This document shows positions 25,970-40,196 of a DNA stretch of 64,000 nt, one piece after another; positions within the stretch are counted from its first letter, which is position 1; each line of letters begins with the position of its first letter. The position numbers and the translations under genes were made by a program. The stretch is taken from the NCBI GenBank assembly GCA_951406725.2, contig OX597833.1, positions 31,806,001 to 31,870,000 on the forward strand. Reading direction: 5' to 3'. Below the pieces are notes generated by a model. That model was given only the letters and a program-made list of their open reading frames with translations. It made no database searches and had not been told where the DNA came from. Origin of the DNA: Octopus vulgaris (lineage: Eukaryota).

Positions 25970-27245
25970 TTTCTTTCAAGCCTACGCATGTCTTCAGCAG
26001 TCACGGCCTATGTTTCACTGCTGTGAAGCATTGCAGTTCACACACATGCATTGTACAATCTACCTTTCACTCAGAGCGAGAGGCTCTTTTTCACCACTAG
26101 GGGTAGAAGCTTTCTAAACTTTGCCCAGGCTATTTTTATTCTAGTGGTAACACTCTCTGAGCATCCACCCCCACCACAGACTTGGTCACCTAGGTAGTGC
26201 AAGCTTTCAACTACTTCTCGTTTCTTTCCCTGGAGTGTAATGGAATTTGTTTTCTGAAGATCTGTGTGTTTATTGCTCCTGTGCATCTACCGCACACGAA
26301 AGCTATCTTCCTGGTTAACCTTCCTTTCATGTTGCTTACACTGGGTATATCTTATGGAGTTTCTACCTACACCTTTTCTACACATCGAGCAGGGCCATCA
26401 ACCTGAAGGGGTATGTGATGTGTTTGCCTTCCTACTTACTAGGACTTTGGTTTTTGTGACATTGACTCTAAGGCCTTTTGATTCTAAACTTTGCTTCAAC
26501 ACCTGAAATTTCTTCTTTAGTTCTGGTAGTGATTCTGCTATGAGGGCTAGGTCATCAGCATAGAGGAGCTCCCAGGAGCAACCTGTCTTGAATTCTTCTG
26601 TTATTGTCTGAAGGACTATGATGAATAAGAGGGTGCTGAGGGCTAACCCTGGTGGACCCCTACTTCTACCTGGAATTCTTCACTATACTCATTGCCAATC
26701 CTAACCTTGCTGATGGCATCTCTGTATAGGGCCTGTACAGCCCTTATTAACCATTCCGCCAATCCCTAGTTTCAGCATCACCCACCAGATAAGGGATCGG
26801 GGGACCCTGTCAAAGGCTTTCACCGAGTCCACAAAAGCCAAGTATAGGGGTTTATCTTTGGCTAGGTATTTCTTCTGCATTTGCCGTACCAGGAATATAG
26901 CATCAGTGGTACTTCTACCTGAGACAAAACCGAACTGCATCTCATCTAAGCAGACTCTCTTCCTAATTAGTTGGGCTATGATCCAGCAGTTTGATACCCC
27001 TGTAGTTATTTCTATCTAAAGCATCACCTTTACCCTTGTAGCAGTTGATTATGGTACTACTACGCCAGTCATTGGGTATGACTCCAGCATGAACTACCTG
27101 GTTTACAATACAGGTGACTAGGCCATAACCCACACCACCAGATGTTTTAAGCCTCTCAGCGGTGATTCCTGATGGGCCGGGTGCTTTTCCTGGCTTCATA
27201 CCCTTAATTGCTTTATCTACCAGAGTGCTGTCTATTTGGATAGCA
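25970..27245 (-). pseudogene. RTE LINE RT region, degenerate
   Basis: KGMKPGKAPGPSGI, NYRGIKLLD, QFGFVSGRSTTDAIF, KAFDRVPR and LLYADDL (about 26550-26570). Confidence 0.92.
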
Positions 27246-27488
27246 TCATAACAAATTCCTATTAGCAAATGAAACATATTTAATGCGGAATAAATAATAC
27301 CAATAAATTTTCCTACATCCTGTTTTGCTATGCAATAATTCTGCGAACAATATTTCCAGAAGTTTCAATTTCAATATGTACTTTGCATTTATACAACAAC
27401 AGTAACTACATACTGGATTGTAATAATGGAGTAAGCAAATGTTCTTCAAGAACAAACAACTCGGATTTTACCATGACTACCTACATTA

Positions 27489-27523
<35 letters not shown>

Positions 27524-27682
27524 CATCATCATCATCATCATCGTTTAGCGTCTGCCTTCCATGCTGGCATAAGTGGGATGGTTTGACAGGAACCAGCCTG
27601 GCAGAAGGCTGCACTAGACTTCTGTGACTGATATGGCAGGATTTTTAGAGCTTTCTAACACCAACCACCCTGCAGAGTGTAC

Positions 27683-27685
<3 letters not shown>
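27524..27685 (-). mobile_element. RTE tail fragment
   Basis: (CAT)n followed by gtttagcgtctgccttccatgctggcat. Confidence 0.75.
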
Positions 27686-27721
<36 letters not shown>

Positions 27722-27941
27722 AATATAGGATAACATTTTTTCGAAAAAATTTTTTATCAATGGCCAGCATATTAAAAAATACCTTTAAAGGTTAAATTTA
27801 TAAACAACTTATAAACAAGGGCAAAAGAAAAACATTTCTAATGCCAAATATGCCGAAACTAGACACATCGTCCATAACCATATAATTCATCACTATAAGT
27901 ATGTATATATATCACTATAAGTTGTATATATATATATATAT

Positions 27942-29010
27942 GGGTTGTTCCATGCGAAATCAACGCAGGTGACCGAGACTGATTTCTTTCAAACTTTGTA
28001 TGCTAAATGGCCTTCATATGAAACCTTTAAATATGAAGTACTTTTTTTTTAAAAAAAGTGACATTTTTTTCGGTTATTCAATAATTTTGAGACGTCATAT
28101 CTCACTTGCTATTTGAGCTAGAAAGCTCAATTGTTTTTGTTTGGTTTTTTTCATTTTAAAGCATTTAAATAGATATACAACTTTAGTTTAGAGTATTCTT
28201 TCATTACAATAAAAAAAAATTGACCTTTGCCTTTTCATAGGTCAAAAGACATGGGCATTGATTTTTTTTTGAAATTTTGTCCAAATATTGCTCTACTTAG
28301 TCACAACTCACATATGAAATTCATACTGGTTTCTCAGTGAGAACTGTAGTTATATAGCCTACTTAAATTATTTAGCTCTTTTTTTTTTTTTCAGATTAGA
28401 TATATATGACCATCTTGGTTAATTTCTGGTTACAGATGGATGTAAAAGCAAGATTTCTAGCTAAGCAAGAAAAATGTTGTGAGCCATTTGAAAAGCAAAA
28501 AGCACCTGTGAAAAAGGGTTTAAGGACAATAACTGCAGATTTTGCCACAAAAGGAAACCTAATTCCTGGATAAAAAAATATGTGACTCTTGCAGAAAAAC
28601 TTTGCCCAAACTTCAAATTGAACCAGCATTAGAAGATACAAGAGATGATACATCAACTACCACTGAAGTGACTGCATCATCAACAGATGTCTTCGTAGAA
28701 GAAAATGCAGAATTAGAGATCAACACCAATGCTTTGTCTGAAATTGGAGAATCTCCAATAAAAAATAAAAGATAGATACAATCATCATGTATGCTGAGAA
28801 AAAAAGAAAATAAATGGAAAATGCTTTTGCTCAAAAGATGCAAATCATTTCACCTAGAAGAGAAGTCAGTTAATCATCAAAAGATCATCACCCTGAAAGA
28901 GAAATAATCAAACAGTTAAAAGAAAAATTCACAACAGAAAAAATATCAGAAAAACTGCAAATTTTAACAATGCTGCCAAAAAGGCTAAAAATCCAAAAGG
29001 AATTCAAGGC
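27942..29010 (+). mobile_element. Decayed DNA transposon 5' part (tentatively Sola-like)
   Basis: Terminus gggttgttccatgcgaaatcaacgca, shared with 63304. Remnant peptides KGLRTITADF..NLIPG*K.CDSCRK and EIIKQLKEKF...SEKLQILTMLPK. The superfamily call is from memory only. Confidence 0.5.
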
Positions 29011-29789
29011 TCTGAGTAATGGTGAACTGTGTGGTAGATTGAATTGATGTGGTAATGGGCATGAACATGATCAACCACGTAGGAGGTGTCATTGTTAATA
29101 GAGACATGGTTTCATTTGGTGGCACAGGGGCATCATGCACTATGAGTCTGCCACAAGAAAGTGGGTAGCATCCCGGGGAGAATTGTATTGTTTACACCTT
29201 TGAAAATATAGATTTTCTGACAGTGTTCAACAGCCAGTAGTGGACAGTTGAGTGATACTGGAAAGGAGAGACCCCAATGCTGAGCTACAGGCTAAGCTGT
29301 TATCAGCATACCAGGAAAGGAGATACCAGGAGCGAGTTTGAAGGAGAGGTGGATCAAGGAAGGTATCTTAATCCTGTGGAAGGAGAAAGTGAAGAGCGGA
29401 GTGCTGTTGCTAATGGCAGCCAATGAAGGGTAAGGTCAAGCCAGTACTGGACTTTTGAAAGATTAATGGCTATGTATCTGGCAACAAGGTTCTAATGTCT
29501 GTGGAGAAATGGTGCAAGATTAGAGACAGATGACAAGGGCTGCAACAATTGTCGACTTAAAGTCAGCATATCCGTAGCTCCATGTGAGCGAGAAATTGTG
29601 GAAGTATCAGCTAGTAAGATGTGAGAGCCAGACATACTGTTTGAAGTTAGGTTTCAGCCTGAATTCAGCACCAAAGATCATGGCAACAGTGCTCAAATCT
29701 ATCCAGGGAAAGGTGGACAAGGTAAAAAAGGCCACCAATTCCTATAAAGATTAAGCTGTAGTGTCTGCCACAGAGGCCATAGGTCATCT

Positions 29790-30140
29790 GAAGAAGTTTG
29801 TGTTAAAGGTGAAACTACCAAAGCCAATGTCTGGAGGAGCTGCACTGGGGTTCAGACTTCAAAGAGACAAAATGAATGTGTTAGTATTTCAGAGAGGAAA
29901 TGAGATTCCTGATCTAGGCAACAGCATCAACAGATGAGAATTATTCTTGATGTGTGAGAGACTAGAAGGTCACTATGCAATCATGGGGTGGCTTTGAGCA
30001 GCATGCAGCTATGTTAAGAGATGAACAGATGGGGCAAGCTGTGGAGACAAAGTGGGGGAGAGAATGGTGGCAATGATGCAGGAGATCCTAGAGAGGGTAA
30101 GAGCAGAAGACCCAGTAAGAGGAAGCTGGTATGTACCCTA
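29790..30140 (+). pseudogene. LTR-retrotransposon (Gypsy-like) pol fragment
   Basis: Remnant ELFLMCERLEGHYAIMGWL*AACSYVKR...MMQEILERVRAEDPVRGSWYVP. Confidence 0.55.
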
Positions 30141-31228
30141 ATTGAAGTCACAACAATTGTCACTAACTATAAAATATTATAAACAAGATAAACTATCATA
30201 GCCTATTAATATGAACTTATTGCTTATGGTATGCCAGCAGTTTTGTGGAGTAGTCACATCACCTTATCATACCTCCTTTCCCAGCATACATAAGACACAC
30301 CTCAAATGTGTCTTAAATTATTTAATGACTGTGTTTGAACATTGTTTTAGTTATCTAAATGGAAACTCTCCAAAAAAACTGAAAGGAATGTTAAATTTTC
30401 ATCCACCTATCAGCTATTTGCAACAAATGGACGACAACAAAACCATAGCAGTAAACTCCTGTATAGCAATTCTCTCAACCAAAATATAAACAGCTACACA
30501 GTTAATTTGAAAGAAGACAAAAATAAAATGCAGTACTCATATAATAGTTTATTTATAAAAAATTTATAGTTTCATACTTTATTCCAGTATACTGTCACAG
30601 TATTGTATTTACAAACACAGAATCATGAATTTTCCCTAAATAACTGTCAATAAATGTATGATGAAACATAAATTTATTTTTTATCCACAAAATATAGTTG
30701 TAAAATAAGAGTACATCTTATGAACTGTGAGTCTTATATGCCAGCAAATACAGCTCATAGATATATATGTATATTTTATTAATACTAAGCAGAAGTAACA
30801 GAGTGACTCAAAGTCTAAGAGTTTTGTGTGTTGTTGTGTGTGTGTGTGTGTGAGTGTGTGTGAATCTTATAATTTTAGCAAAAGATTTGAGAAATAGTAT
30901 TTTCTATGTAAAATATGCAATTCACTGATAAACTGTTTGTACATAATCTCCTAGCCACTTACATATGTGTGTAGTCTACTTGTAGTTTGTTGTTCAAACT
31001 TCAATTCATTGGGTGAATATAACTGTTTTCATAAAAATTGCTTGCTGTACAATTTGATCATTTAGCATACTATTTGTAAATGCTCTCCCAGCACCTATAT
31101 GCATACTTAGCCTACTTGCAGTTTGTTATTAAAATTTTCACCTTGTTGGCTGAATATAGTTTTCTTCAGATAAAAAACCCACAAAAAGTAAAACTGCTTG
31201 CTACACAATTTCTTAATAAATTATTATA

Positions 31229-32558
31229 CAAGGTGTTCCATAAAGGGTGCTGAATTTGAAAGGTGATTAATTAAAATGAATTCTTATAAACATGGTTATA
31301 TTCTGCATATTTCTAATGAGTTATGTCTCCTGTTTAGGTGTGCAATGCAATGTTGGTCATATATCCACCTGCACTCAGTCTGCATACAATAATGTGCTCC
31401 TTGAAATTCCAATAACTCTCTCACAGATGTGTGGCCTAATGCCACCAATCACACACCTGATTTCAGTTCAGGAATTTGTGTGATTTCTTGATGTATAACT
31501 GTGATTTCACATACCCCCATAAGAAGAAATTACAAGGGGTAATACTGCATGACCTTGGTGGCCATTTCTGGTCACCATGCAAGGATATCACTTGTTACAG
31601 AAATTTTTTGTGGAGTAATGCAAGTGTTTGGCATGAAGTGTGGCAGGTCACTCCATCCTGCTGAAACCAGAGGTTGTCAGTCTCCATATCTTCCAAGGTC
31701 AGCCATAACTGAGTGGATATCATGTCTTAATAATGTTCTCCATTAATGATAACTGCATTCCCCTTATCATTTTCAAAGAAGAATGGTTCAAGCACTCCAC
31801 CCACCCCAAAACCACACCACACAGTTGCTTTCAGTGGAGGAATTTCATGCTCTAGCATTATTTGAAGATTTTCCTTTCCCCAAATCTGGCAGTTCTGTTT
31901 GTTGACAAATCTACTCAAGTGGAAGTGAGCCTCGTCACCGAAGATGATTTTCTTTGCAAAATCTTCATCAGCTGCAAGTCTCTCCACAACCCAGTCAGCA
32001 AATTTCCATCACCTCCTGTGGTTAGGTAGCTGAAGATGCTGCATAAGTTGAATTTTGTATGTATATATATGGAGATCTTTATGCAAAATTCAATGCAATG
32101 AAGTGATTGGGATGCCCAACTGCTGCGAACGTCAGTAAATTGATTTTCCTGGACTCAGAGTAACACTGTCTTGCACAACAGCAATTTGTTACTATGTCCG
32201 ATGAAAACAATTCCACCCAGGCAATTTGGCTGTTGCAACTGAATCAGTTGTTTTAAACTTCATCATTAGTCTGTGAACCATAGACTTGTTGGGTGCTTCA
32301 TTTCTCCCCAAAATGGTACAAAGTGTTTGAGCTGTTTGCATCGTACTTTCTCCGTTTTGGTAAAATGGCTTCACAATGAGAAGGCGTTGCTCAGGTGTAA
32401 GCTGTTTCATGACACACTGCACACTATTCTGAAAGACAAACAAAAAACTATTAATCAAAGTGAAGAGAGATAGCAAACATGATAAAAGCATGCCTTCAAA
32501 CTTCAAAACACAAAAGTGTTGCCCAATTCAAATTTGGCACACTTTATAGAACACCCTA
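31229..32558 (-). mobile_element. Full-length degenerate Tc1/mariner element (DD41D/rosa-like)
   Basis: TA-flanked TIRs caaggtgttccataaagggtgctgaatttgaa / ttcaaatttggcacactttatagaacacccta. Transposase remnants LTPEQRLLIVK.FYQNGES and IIFGDEAHFHLS.FVNKQNC.IWG.EN. Confidence 0.88.
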
Positions 32559-32798
32559 TATATTCTAAAAATTTGTTCATTAAGCAAATTGTTTGTATAT
32601 GTTCTTCCAGTACTTATACATACCTAAGAGTTTGCTGTTCAACTTTCAATTGAATGAGCAAATGGGTGCCAGTCACTTATGTGCATGCATAGTCTGCTTG
32701 TGGTTCATTGATCAAATTTCAGCTCATTATGCATGTTTAATTTTCTTCAGGAAATATATTCATTATTCAATTTGTTCATTTAAAAAACATGTGTACAT

Positions 32799-33393
32799 GG
32801 GTGAGGTGGTATCAAAAATTTCCTGTACTAGTTCTGTAGCGTACCAACAGATGGCAGCACACAGTTATGTGCACAGTGAGAGCTAACAGTGATCTTCATG
32901 AGGTATTGTGCTGAGTGACATCACTGTGTTTAATTCACAAGTTGTGAAATTTGTGTTTTTGTAATCACATGTATGCTGCAGTCTGCAATTTTTTCAGAGA
33001 CAGGAACAAAGTGTTAATGTGAAATTTTGCATTGAACTTGGGAAGTCTGCTACAGAGACATTGAGCATGATTCAGCAAGCTTATGGCAACGAGGCAATGG
33101 ATTGTATGCAATGTTTTGAGTGGCACTGGTGATTCAAATATGGAAGAACGTCCCTGGAAGATGATGAGTGATCTAGAAAACCTGCTATGAGCATCACCCC
33201 CAGAAATGTGGTATTGTGCATTGAGAATTCCTCCCCCAGGGCCAGACCATCAATCAAGAGTTCTACTGCAACGTTTTGAAGCATTCAAGAGAGGACATTC
33301 AGTGGTGCAAGGTGACTATTTTGAAGAAGATGATGTTAAAACTTGTGTAAATAAATTATTTTTTATTAAACATAACTTTTGGTACCACCTCGT
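32799..33393 (+). mobile_element. Internally deleted mariner
   Basis: TIRs gaggtggtatcaaaaatt / aacttttggtaccacctc. Remnants VKFCIELGKSATETLSMIQQAYG, GRTSLEDD and QGDYFE. Confidence 0.82.
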
Positions 33394-33769
33394 CTATATA
33401 AATATTGAAAAAAATGTGATGTGTGCCAGCATGTATGTCACAGTACTCACCAATTTTTTTCTTTTTTACATAAAATTCCAATATAATCATTATCTACACA
33501 CTCTGAAAGATATTTGTAGGAAATTTCATTGAAAAATACCCATTTTTCTGAAAATTATGAAAAAACAAGTCTGACTTGCATGAATTTTCTGAAACTCCTC
33601 TCCCAGCACCCGGAACAATTTTTCACAACAAATTCTGGAATAATCAAAATCTACACTACCTGAAGTGTACTTGTAGGAAATTTTTATTAAAAAATATTCG
33701 CTTTCTGAAAGTTACAAGAAAACGAATTTGGTTGATGAGCACACATGTGTAGATATGCTCTCTCTCTCA

Positions 33770-33863
<94 letters not shown>

Positions 33864-33983
33864 TTAAGTCACAATATATGGATTTAACTAATAAGGAGTG
33901 TAAAGAGTTATAAATGTATGTTTTATGTTACGAAACAATTGTTGTGATATAAGCATTTTCAATAGTTAAATTTCATCATACTA

Positions 33984-34012
33984 CTAGTAGAGATACCCGG
34001 CATTGCTTGGGT
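33984..34012 (-). mobile_element. Helitron 3' terminus
   Basis: a|ctagtagagatacccggcattgcttgggt, closely matching the terminus at 3765-3792. Confidence 0.75.
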
Positions 34013-34034
34013 TTAAAATCGCATAGTTGTTTTT

Positions 34035-34321
34035 ATTCTTTTACTTGTTTCAGTCATTTGACTGTGGCCATACTGGAGCACTACCTTTAGTCGAACAAAT
34101 CGGCCCCAGGACTTATTCTTTATAAGCCTTATTCTATCAGTCTCTTTTGCTGAACCTCTGAGTTATGGGGATGTAAACACACCAACATCTTTTGTCAAAC
34201 GATGTGGGGTTGGGAGTTAGACAAACACAGACACATAAATATACACATATATATGACAGGCTTTTTTCAGTTTCTGTCTACCAAATCCACTCACAAGCCT
34301 TTGGCTGGCCCAAAGCTATAG
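34035..34321 (-). mobile_element. tRNA-SINE family A, headless
   Basis: Colinear with 10272-10590. Confidence 0.85.
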
Positions 34322-34925
34322 GATACATATATATATCACACCACACTACACTACACCATACGACATTACACATCACATCACAACACATCACCCACAGCAC
34401 ACCGCCCACATTACACATCACATCACAACACACCACCCACAGCATACCACCCACACACCCATCCCCACATCTTTACACCTACACATACATACACATATAT
34501 CACAACACACTACCCACACACCCATCCCCATATCTCCACACCCACACATACATACATACACACGTCTAGACCACCAGCCCTCTTTCAAACGCACATACAT
34601 TCTCTCTTATACACACACGCACCTTCGTGTTGGGGCCACCTTCGTTTTGGAAGTCACTTGACCCTGTTATCTCCCCTACTATCCCTCTAGCGTCTAACGT
34701 CTGACCTCTGACCTCTGCCTGAAGTCAGAACGTCATGATAGACCATTAGCTCTTACACGCATTTTTCTCTCCTTGTTTCTTTTCTCTGTATCTTTCTGTC
34801 GAAGAACATAGGCTCGAAACGTAAAAGACTTGTTCTATTTGTATTCCTGAGCGCCATACTAATACATTTGTTTGTTTGTACTCCACCTGCCTTCGTCTTT
34901 TGTTTATTTTTGTAAACCTTCCTGT

Positions 34926-35021
<96 letters not shown>

Positions 35022-35568
35022 TGCAGATATGTGTACAGGACGCCACCAAGAGGACAAATAACATAAAATACGTAAACAAACTAGGGAAAATGTGTAAAAT
35101 ACATGAATAAGAAAAATGAAAAACAGGACAAGTAAAGGACCCTTCATCAATTGTTGGTGGTCTATCTACTCCTCGTTTCAATGACAGTATGAGTCTTCAA
35201 AGACAGTTTCTCCCATAAATTCTAAATTGAAATTTATGATTTATGGAGGGTCAAATTTGGGAACAAAATCATGAAAGTAGAGACATACAAGGAAACTGAA
35301 CGAAAACAAACATGCAAGGTTGTTAGTCCAGAACAAGAGGAAAATAGTGAACACTGGGAGAAATATTTTTTTTGAAAAGAGAAAAGCTAGAGAGAAAAAC
35401 ACTGCCGTTATTTTGAACATCTATGCAGGAAAAGAAAGGTGGTCATGTGAGGAAAAGAAAGATGGACGATGGTCATATGTGAGCAACGAGAGAGAGAAAA
35501 TATATACCCACAAACATATACACACACACACACAGATATATATATATATATATAAAAGTAGGCTTTCC

Positions 35569-35639
35569 CATCCACATGGGACTCGAACCAACATCCCTTT
35601 GTTAATGCAACTAAGTGCGTTACCATTACACAAGTGAAC
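35569..35639 (-). pseudogene. tRNA-like sequence (pseudo-tRNA or SINE head)
   Basis: GTTCACTTGTGTAATGGTAACGCAC...GGTTCGAGTCCCATGTGGATG has A and B boxes but a poorly pairing anticodon stem. Confidence 0.5.
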
Positions 35640-36899
35640 TAGTCTCCCTGTTTCTATCAACTTTATGAACTATATTAGTTAGTAGTTGGTTTTTGTAAAC
35701 AAACTTCTATGTGCTTTTGGTGAGAATAGTTTTGTTATATGGTGCTGAGTTTTACAATCCTGTAAATAATAATAATGGTATTTATATAAGTTTAAAGCTT
35801 ATAGCCATCACCATGTAATGACTAAGGAAAATAGTAGGCTTTCGCATCCGCTTTAAGCTTATATGAATACCATATATATGTGTACGCACGCACATTCTCC
35901 TAATTCCTAGTTCCATATTTCTTGCCGTTCTGTCCCCCAATCAAAACTTCGCTTTCCGCAGCCTGTTTAACCTCTTTACCATTTTCGTCTGTCCCCAACC
36001 TAAACTCGCTTCCGGTCGGTCTATATTTAAAAAGAAATCGTCCCATGTGATTCCTTCCATTCATTTCTCGGCCGAACGATGTCCAGAAGAAGCTAAGATC
36101 TTTCTCATTTCTTTCGATCCCTCGTACTACATTCGCCACTAATAATTATTAATTTTTCTATAATTGTTCGTTTCTCTATGATAATTATTTGTTTCTCTCT
36201 GATAATTATTCGTCTCTCCTCGTTCAATTCACATTCTTATTCCCATACTTTTTCCTGTCCCCTATCAAAACTTCGATTGCTTAATTCTCCTCATTCCTAG
36301 TTCCATATTTCTTGCCGTTCTGTCCCCAATCAAAACTTCGCCTTTTGCGGTGCACACCCCCCTCAATACCGGATACCTCTATATTCGCACCATCTACATC
36401 GGATATCCCTTCTCCCACCACCATTACGTGTGTCTATTCTTCCAACCCCTCCTCCTCAATGGGCTATTTCACCATGTATTACCTGCACTTCTCACTTCTA
36501 GGACAGATGCAGCCAGTGCAGCTGCTCATCAACCCACCCACTTAACCAGTTATCTTACACTTCGTTCTGTTTAGAAATCTGTCACCACCTCAACCAGTTA
36601 TCTCCTCTTCCAATTCCTCCTCCTCACTGGTGCTATCTTACGTTTCGTTCTGTCTAGAACTTGTCACTGCCCCTACCAGTTATCGCTTCTCCCAACTCCC
36701 CCTTCTCACTGGTGCTGTTCCCTACATTACCTGCACTCTCTCTTTTCTATCCCTCCCTCTCTTTCTCTCCCTTTCTCCTTCTCTTTCTCTCCCTCTCTCT
36801 ATCTCTCTCCTATCTCTCTGCCTGAACCCTTCCCCACCGCAAATGCAACCAGTTTTCAGCTGACCCCCTCCTAACCTAACATTGGAATATCCATATTTC

Positions 36900-39800
36900 T
36901 GCTACACCGCTTAAATCTACATCATTCAATGACCATAATGCTTTTACTTACATAGCTACTAACACCTGGAATATCCATATTTCCACTTAAATCTACATCA
37001 CCGATTACCTTAATGCTGCTAACACCTACCTCCAGCTGGGGCAAAAATCTTAACATGCTTAAATGCTTGAATGTTGTCGCGTCGGAAGAGAGATCAGATG
37101 AAGCATGCCTAAAAAACGACCACCACAACAACCCTCTTCTTTTCAGGCGCTGAATCACATCCTTTATCCCCAAACCTCACCCCACATTACTTTCCCAGTT
37201 TTTAGAGTTGGCACTGTCAATGTTGGTACACTGAAAGGTAGGTCTAGTGAGATTGTAGAGATGCTTGAAAGGAGACAGGTTGATGTATGCTGCATACAAG
37301 AGTTAAGATGGAGAGGTGCTTCAGCTAGGGTCCTCATAGGCGGCGAGCTGGCAGAAACGTTAGCATGCCATGCGAAATGCTTTGCTGTATTTCGTCTGCC
37401 GCTACATTCTGAGTTCAAATTCCGCCCAGGTCAACTTTGTCTTTCATCCTTTCGGGGTCGATTAAATAAGTACCAGTTACGCACTGGGGTCGATATAATC
37501 GACTTAATCTGTATGTCTGTCCTTGTTTGTCCCCTCTGTGTGTAGCCCCTTGTGGGTAGTAAAAAAATAGGCACATAGGTATAAAGTCTTCTGGCAAGGT
37601 AACATAGATGTTGTAGGGGAGAAATGGGTGGATAAGGTCACAGAGGTTGTCAGAGTATGCGACAGAGTGCTTAAGCTTAGGCTAGTCCAACAGAACAGCA
37701 GAGCTACAATTATCTCCACCTACGCCCCACATACAGGGCTACCAAATGATCAGAAGGACCACTTTTATGACACCCTTCTACAGGCTACCTCAAAGACGAG
37801 TGGCAATGGCCTCATCTTTGTGGCTGGGGACTTTAATGGGCATGTTGGGCGGTAAGCAGGTATCTTCACTGGGGTACACGGTGGCCATGGTATTGGCATC
37901 GAAACGATGAGGGAACCAGGATACTGGAGTTCTGTGATGCATGTAACCTTTTAATCTGCAACACTAACTTCAGGAAGCCAGACAGCTACCTTATAACCTA
38001 TAAGAGAAATGTGTCAGCATAGATGATGGTGCACTTGCTTTCAATGTTTCTGAAAAGAAAGAGGCTTGGAGAAGCCATTATGAGAGACTGCTGAATGCGG
38101 AGAATGAATGGGAGGAGGAGAGCCTGTCAAATGTTGACCTAGTTGAGGGACCAGCTATCCGAATAGACAGCTCCCTAGTAGATAAAGCAATTAAAGGTAT
38201 GAAGCCAGGAAAAGCCCCTGGCCCATCAGGAATCACTGCTGAGAGGCTTAAAACATCTGGGGGTGTGGGTTATGGCCTAGTCACCCGCATTGTAAACCAG
38301 GTAGTTCATAATGGAGTCATACCCAATGACTGGTGTAGCAGCACCATAGTCAACAGCTACAATGGTGATGCTCTAGATAGAAATAACCACAGGGGTATTA
38401 AATTGTTGGATCAGGTGATGAAGGTCACAGAGAGGGAGAGAGTCTGCTTAGATGAGATGCAGTTCAGTTTGTGCCGGGTAGAAACACCACTGATGCCATA
38501 TTCCTAGTTTGACAATTGCAGGAGAAATACCTAGCTAAAGATAAACCCCTCTACATAGCTTTCATGGACTTGGAGAAAGCCTTTGACAGGGTCCCCCGAT
38601 CCCTTATCTGGTGTGCGATACGGAAACTGGAGATTGACGAATGGTTAATAAGGGCTGTACAGGCCCTATACAGAGATGCCGTCAGCAAAGTTAGGATTGC
38701 CAATGAGCATAGTGAAGAATTCCGGGTAAGAAGTAGGGGGTCCAACAAGGTCCAGCCCTCAGTCGCCTTTTATTCATCATAGTCCTCCAAGCAATAACAG
38801 AGGAATTCAAGACGGGTTGCTCCTCTATGCTGATGACCTAGACCTCATAGCAGAATCACTACCGGAACTAGAAAAGAAATTTTGGGTGTGGAAGCTAGGT
38901 TTAGAATCAAAAGGTCTTAGAGTCAATGTAGTAAAGACCAAAGTTCTAGTAAGTAGGAAGGCAAACACACCACACACTCCTTCAGGTAGGTGACCCTGCT
39001 TGATCTGTAGAAAAGGTGTAGGTAGAAACTCCATAAGATATACCCAGTGTAAGCTATGGACACATAAGAGGTGCAGCAACATCAAAGGAAAATTAACCGA
39101 GAAGATAGCTTTCGTGTGCAGCAGATGCACAGGGGTAACAGAAACCATTGATACTCAGGAAACAGATTCCATTACATTCCAGGGGGATAAACTAGAAGTA
39201 GTTGATAGTTTCCGCTACCTAGGTGACCAAGTTAGTAGTGGGGGTGGATGCTTAGAGAGTGTTACCACTAGAATAAAAATAGCCTGGGCAAAGTTTAGAA
39301 AGCTCCTACCCCTACTGGTGGCAAAGAGCCTCTTGCTCAGAGTGAAAGGTAGATTGTACAATGCATGTGTGCAAACCGCCATGCTTCACGGTAGTGAAAC
39401 ATGGACTGTGACTGCAGAGGACATGCGTAGGCTTGAAAGAAATGAAGCTAGCATGATCCGCTGGATGTGTAATGTCAGTGTGCATACACGACAGAGTGAA
39501 AGTGCCCTGAATATAAGAAGCATTGGATGTGGCGTACAAGAGAGACATCTGTGCTGGTATGGTCATGTACTACGGATGGATGAGGAGAGATGTGTGAAGA
39601 AGTGCCACTCCCAAATAGTTGAAGGAATCCCGGGTAGAGGTAGTAGACCCAGGAAGACATGGGATGAGGTGGTCAAACATGACCTTCAAACGTTGGGTCT
39701 CACAGAGGCAATGACGAAAGACCGAGACCTCTGGAGATATGCTATGACTGCAAAAACCTGACAAATAACGTGAGTTCATGGCTGTTTCCTGCACCAGCTT

Positions 39801-40146
39801 CACATAGAAGCCCCAGCCCATCCAAAGTGCCTTGGATTGCTGGACGGCCTACTGTGCTTACCTTGGATCGTAGGGCGACTTGCTGTGCTTGAAGAGACCT
39901 ATTGAATCAAGTACATCAACATCAAAAAATCAAATGGAAATTGTAGTTGTGATACCTGTGCCGGTGGCACGTAAAAAGCACTCACTACACTCATGGAGTG
40001 GTTGGCGTTAGGAAGGGCATCCAGCTGTAGAAATACTGCCAGATCAGACTGGAGCCTGGTGCAGCCTCCTGGCTTCCCAGACCCCGGTCAGACCGTCCAA
40101 CCCATGCTAGCATGGAAAACGGACGTTAAACGATGATGATGATGAT
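36900..40146 (+). mobile_element. Near-full-length degenerate RTE LINE (5' boundary approximate)
   Basis: APE start FRVGTVNVGTLKGR...VCCIQE and VAGDFNGHVG. RT motifs DLEKAFDRVPR, LYADDL and FRYLG; C-terminus RPRKTW; (GAT)n tail. Carries stops and internal deletions. Confidence 0.93.
37339..37571 (+). mobile_element. tRNA-SINE family B inserted in the RTE endonuclease
   Basis: ggcggcgagctggcagaaacgttagc...gagttcaaattcc...tagccccttgtgggtagtaaaaaaatagg; the RTE frame resumes afterwards (HRYKVFWQG). Confidence 0.9.
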
Positions 40147-40196
40147 ATATATATATATATATATCGGCACAGGAGTGGCTGTGTGGTAAGTAGCTT

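Noticed and set aside
35569-35639. Functional tRNA-Cys
   Set aside because: Anticodon and acceptor stems pair poorly; kept only as a pseudo-tRNA or SINE head.
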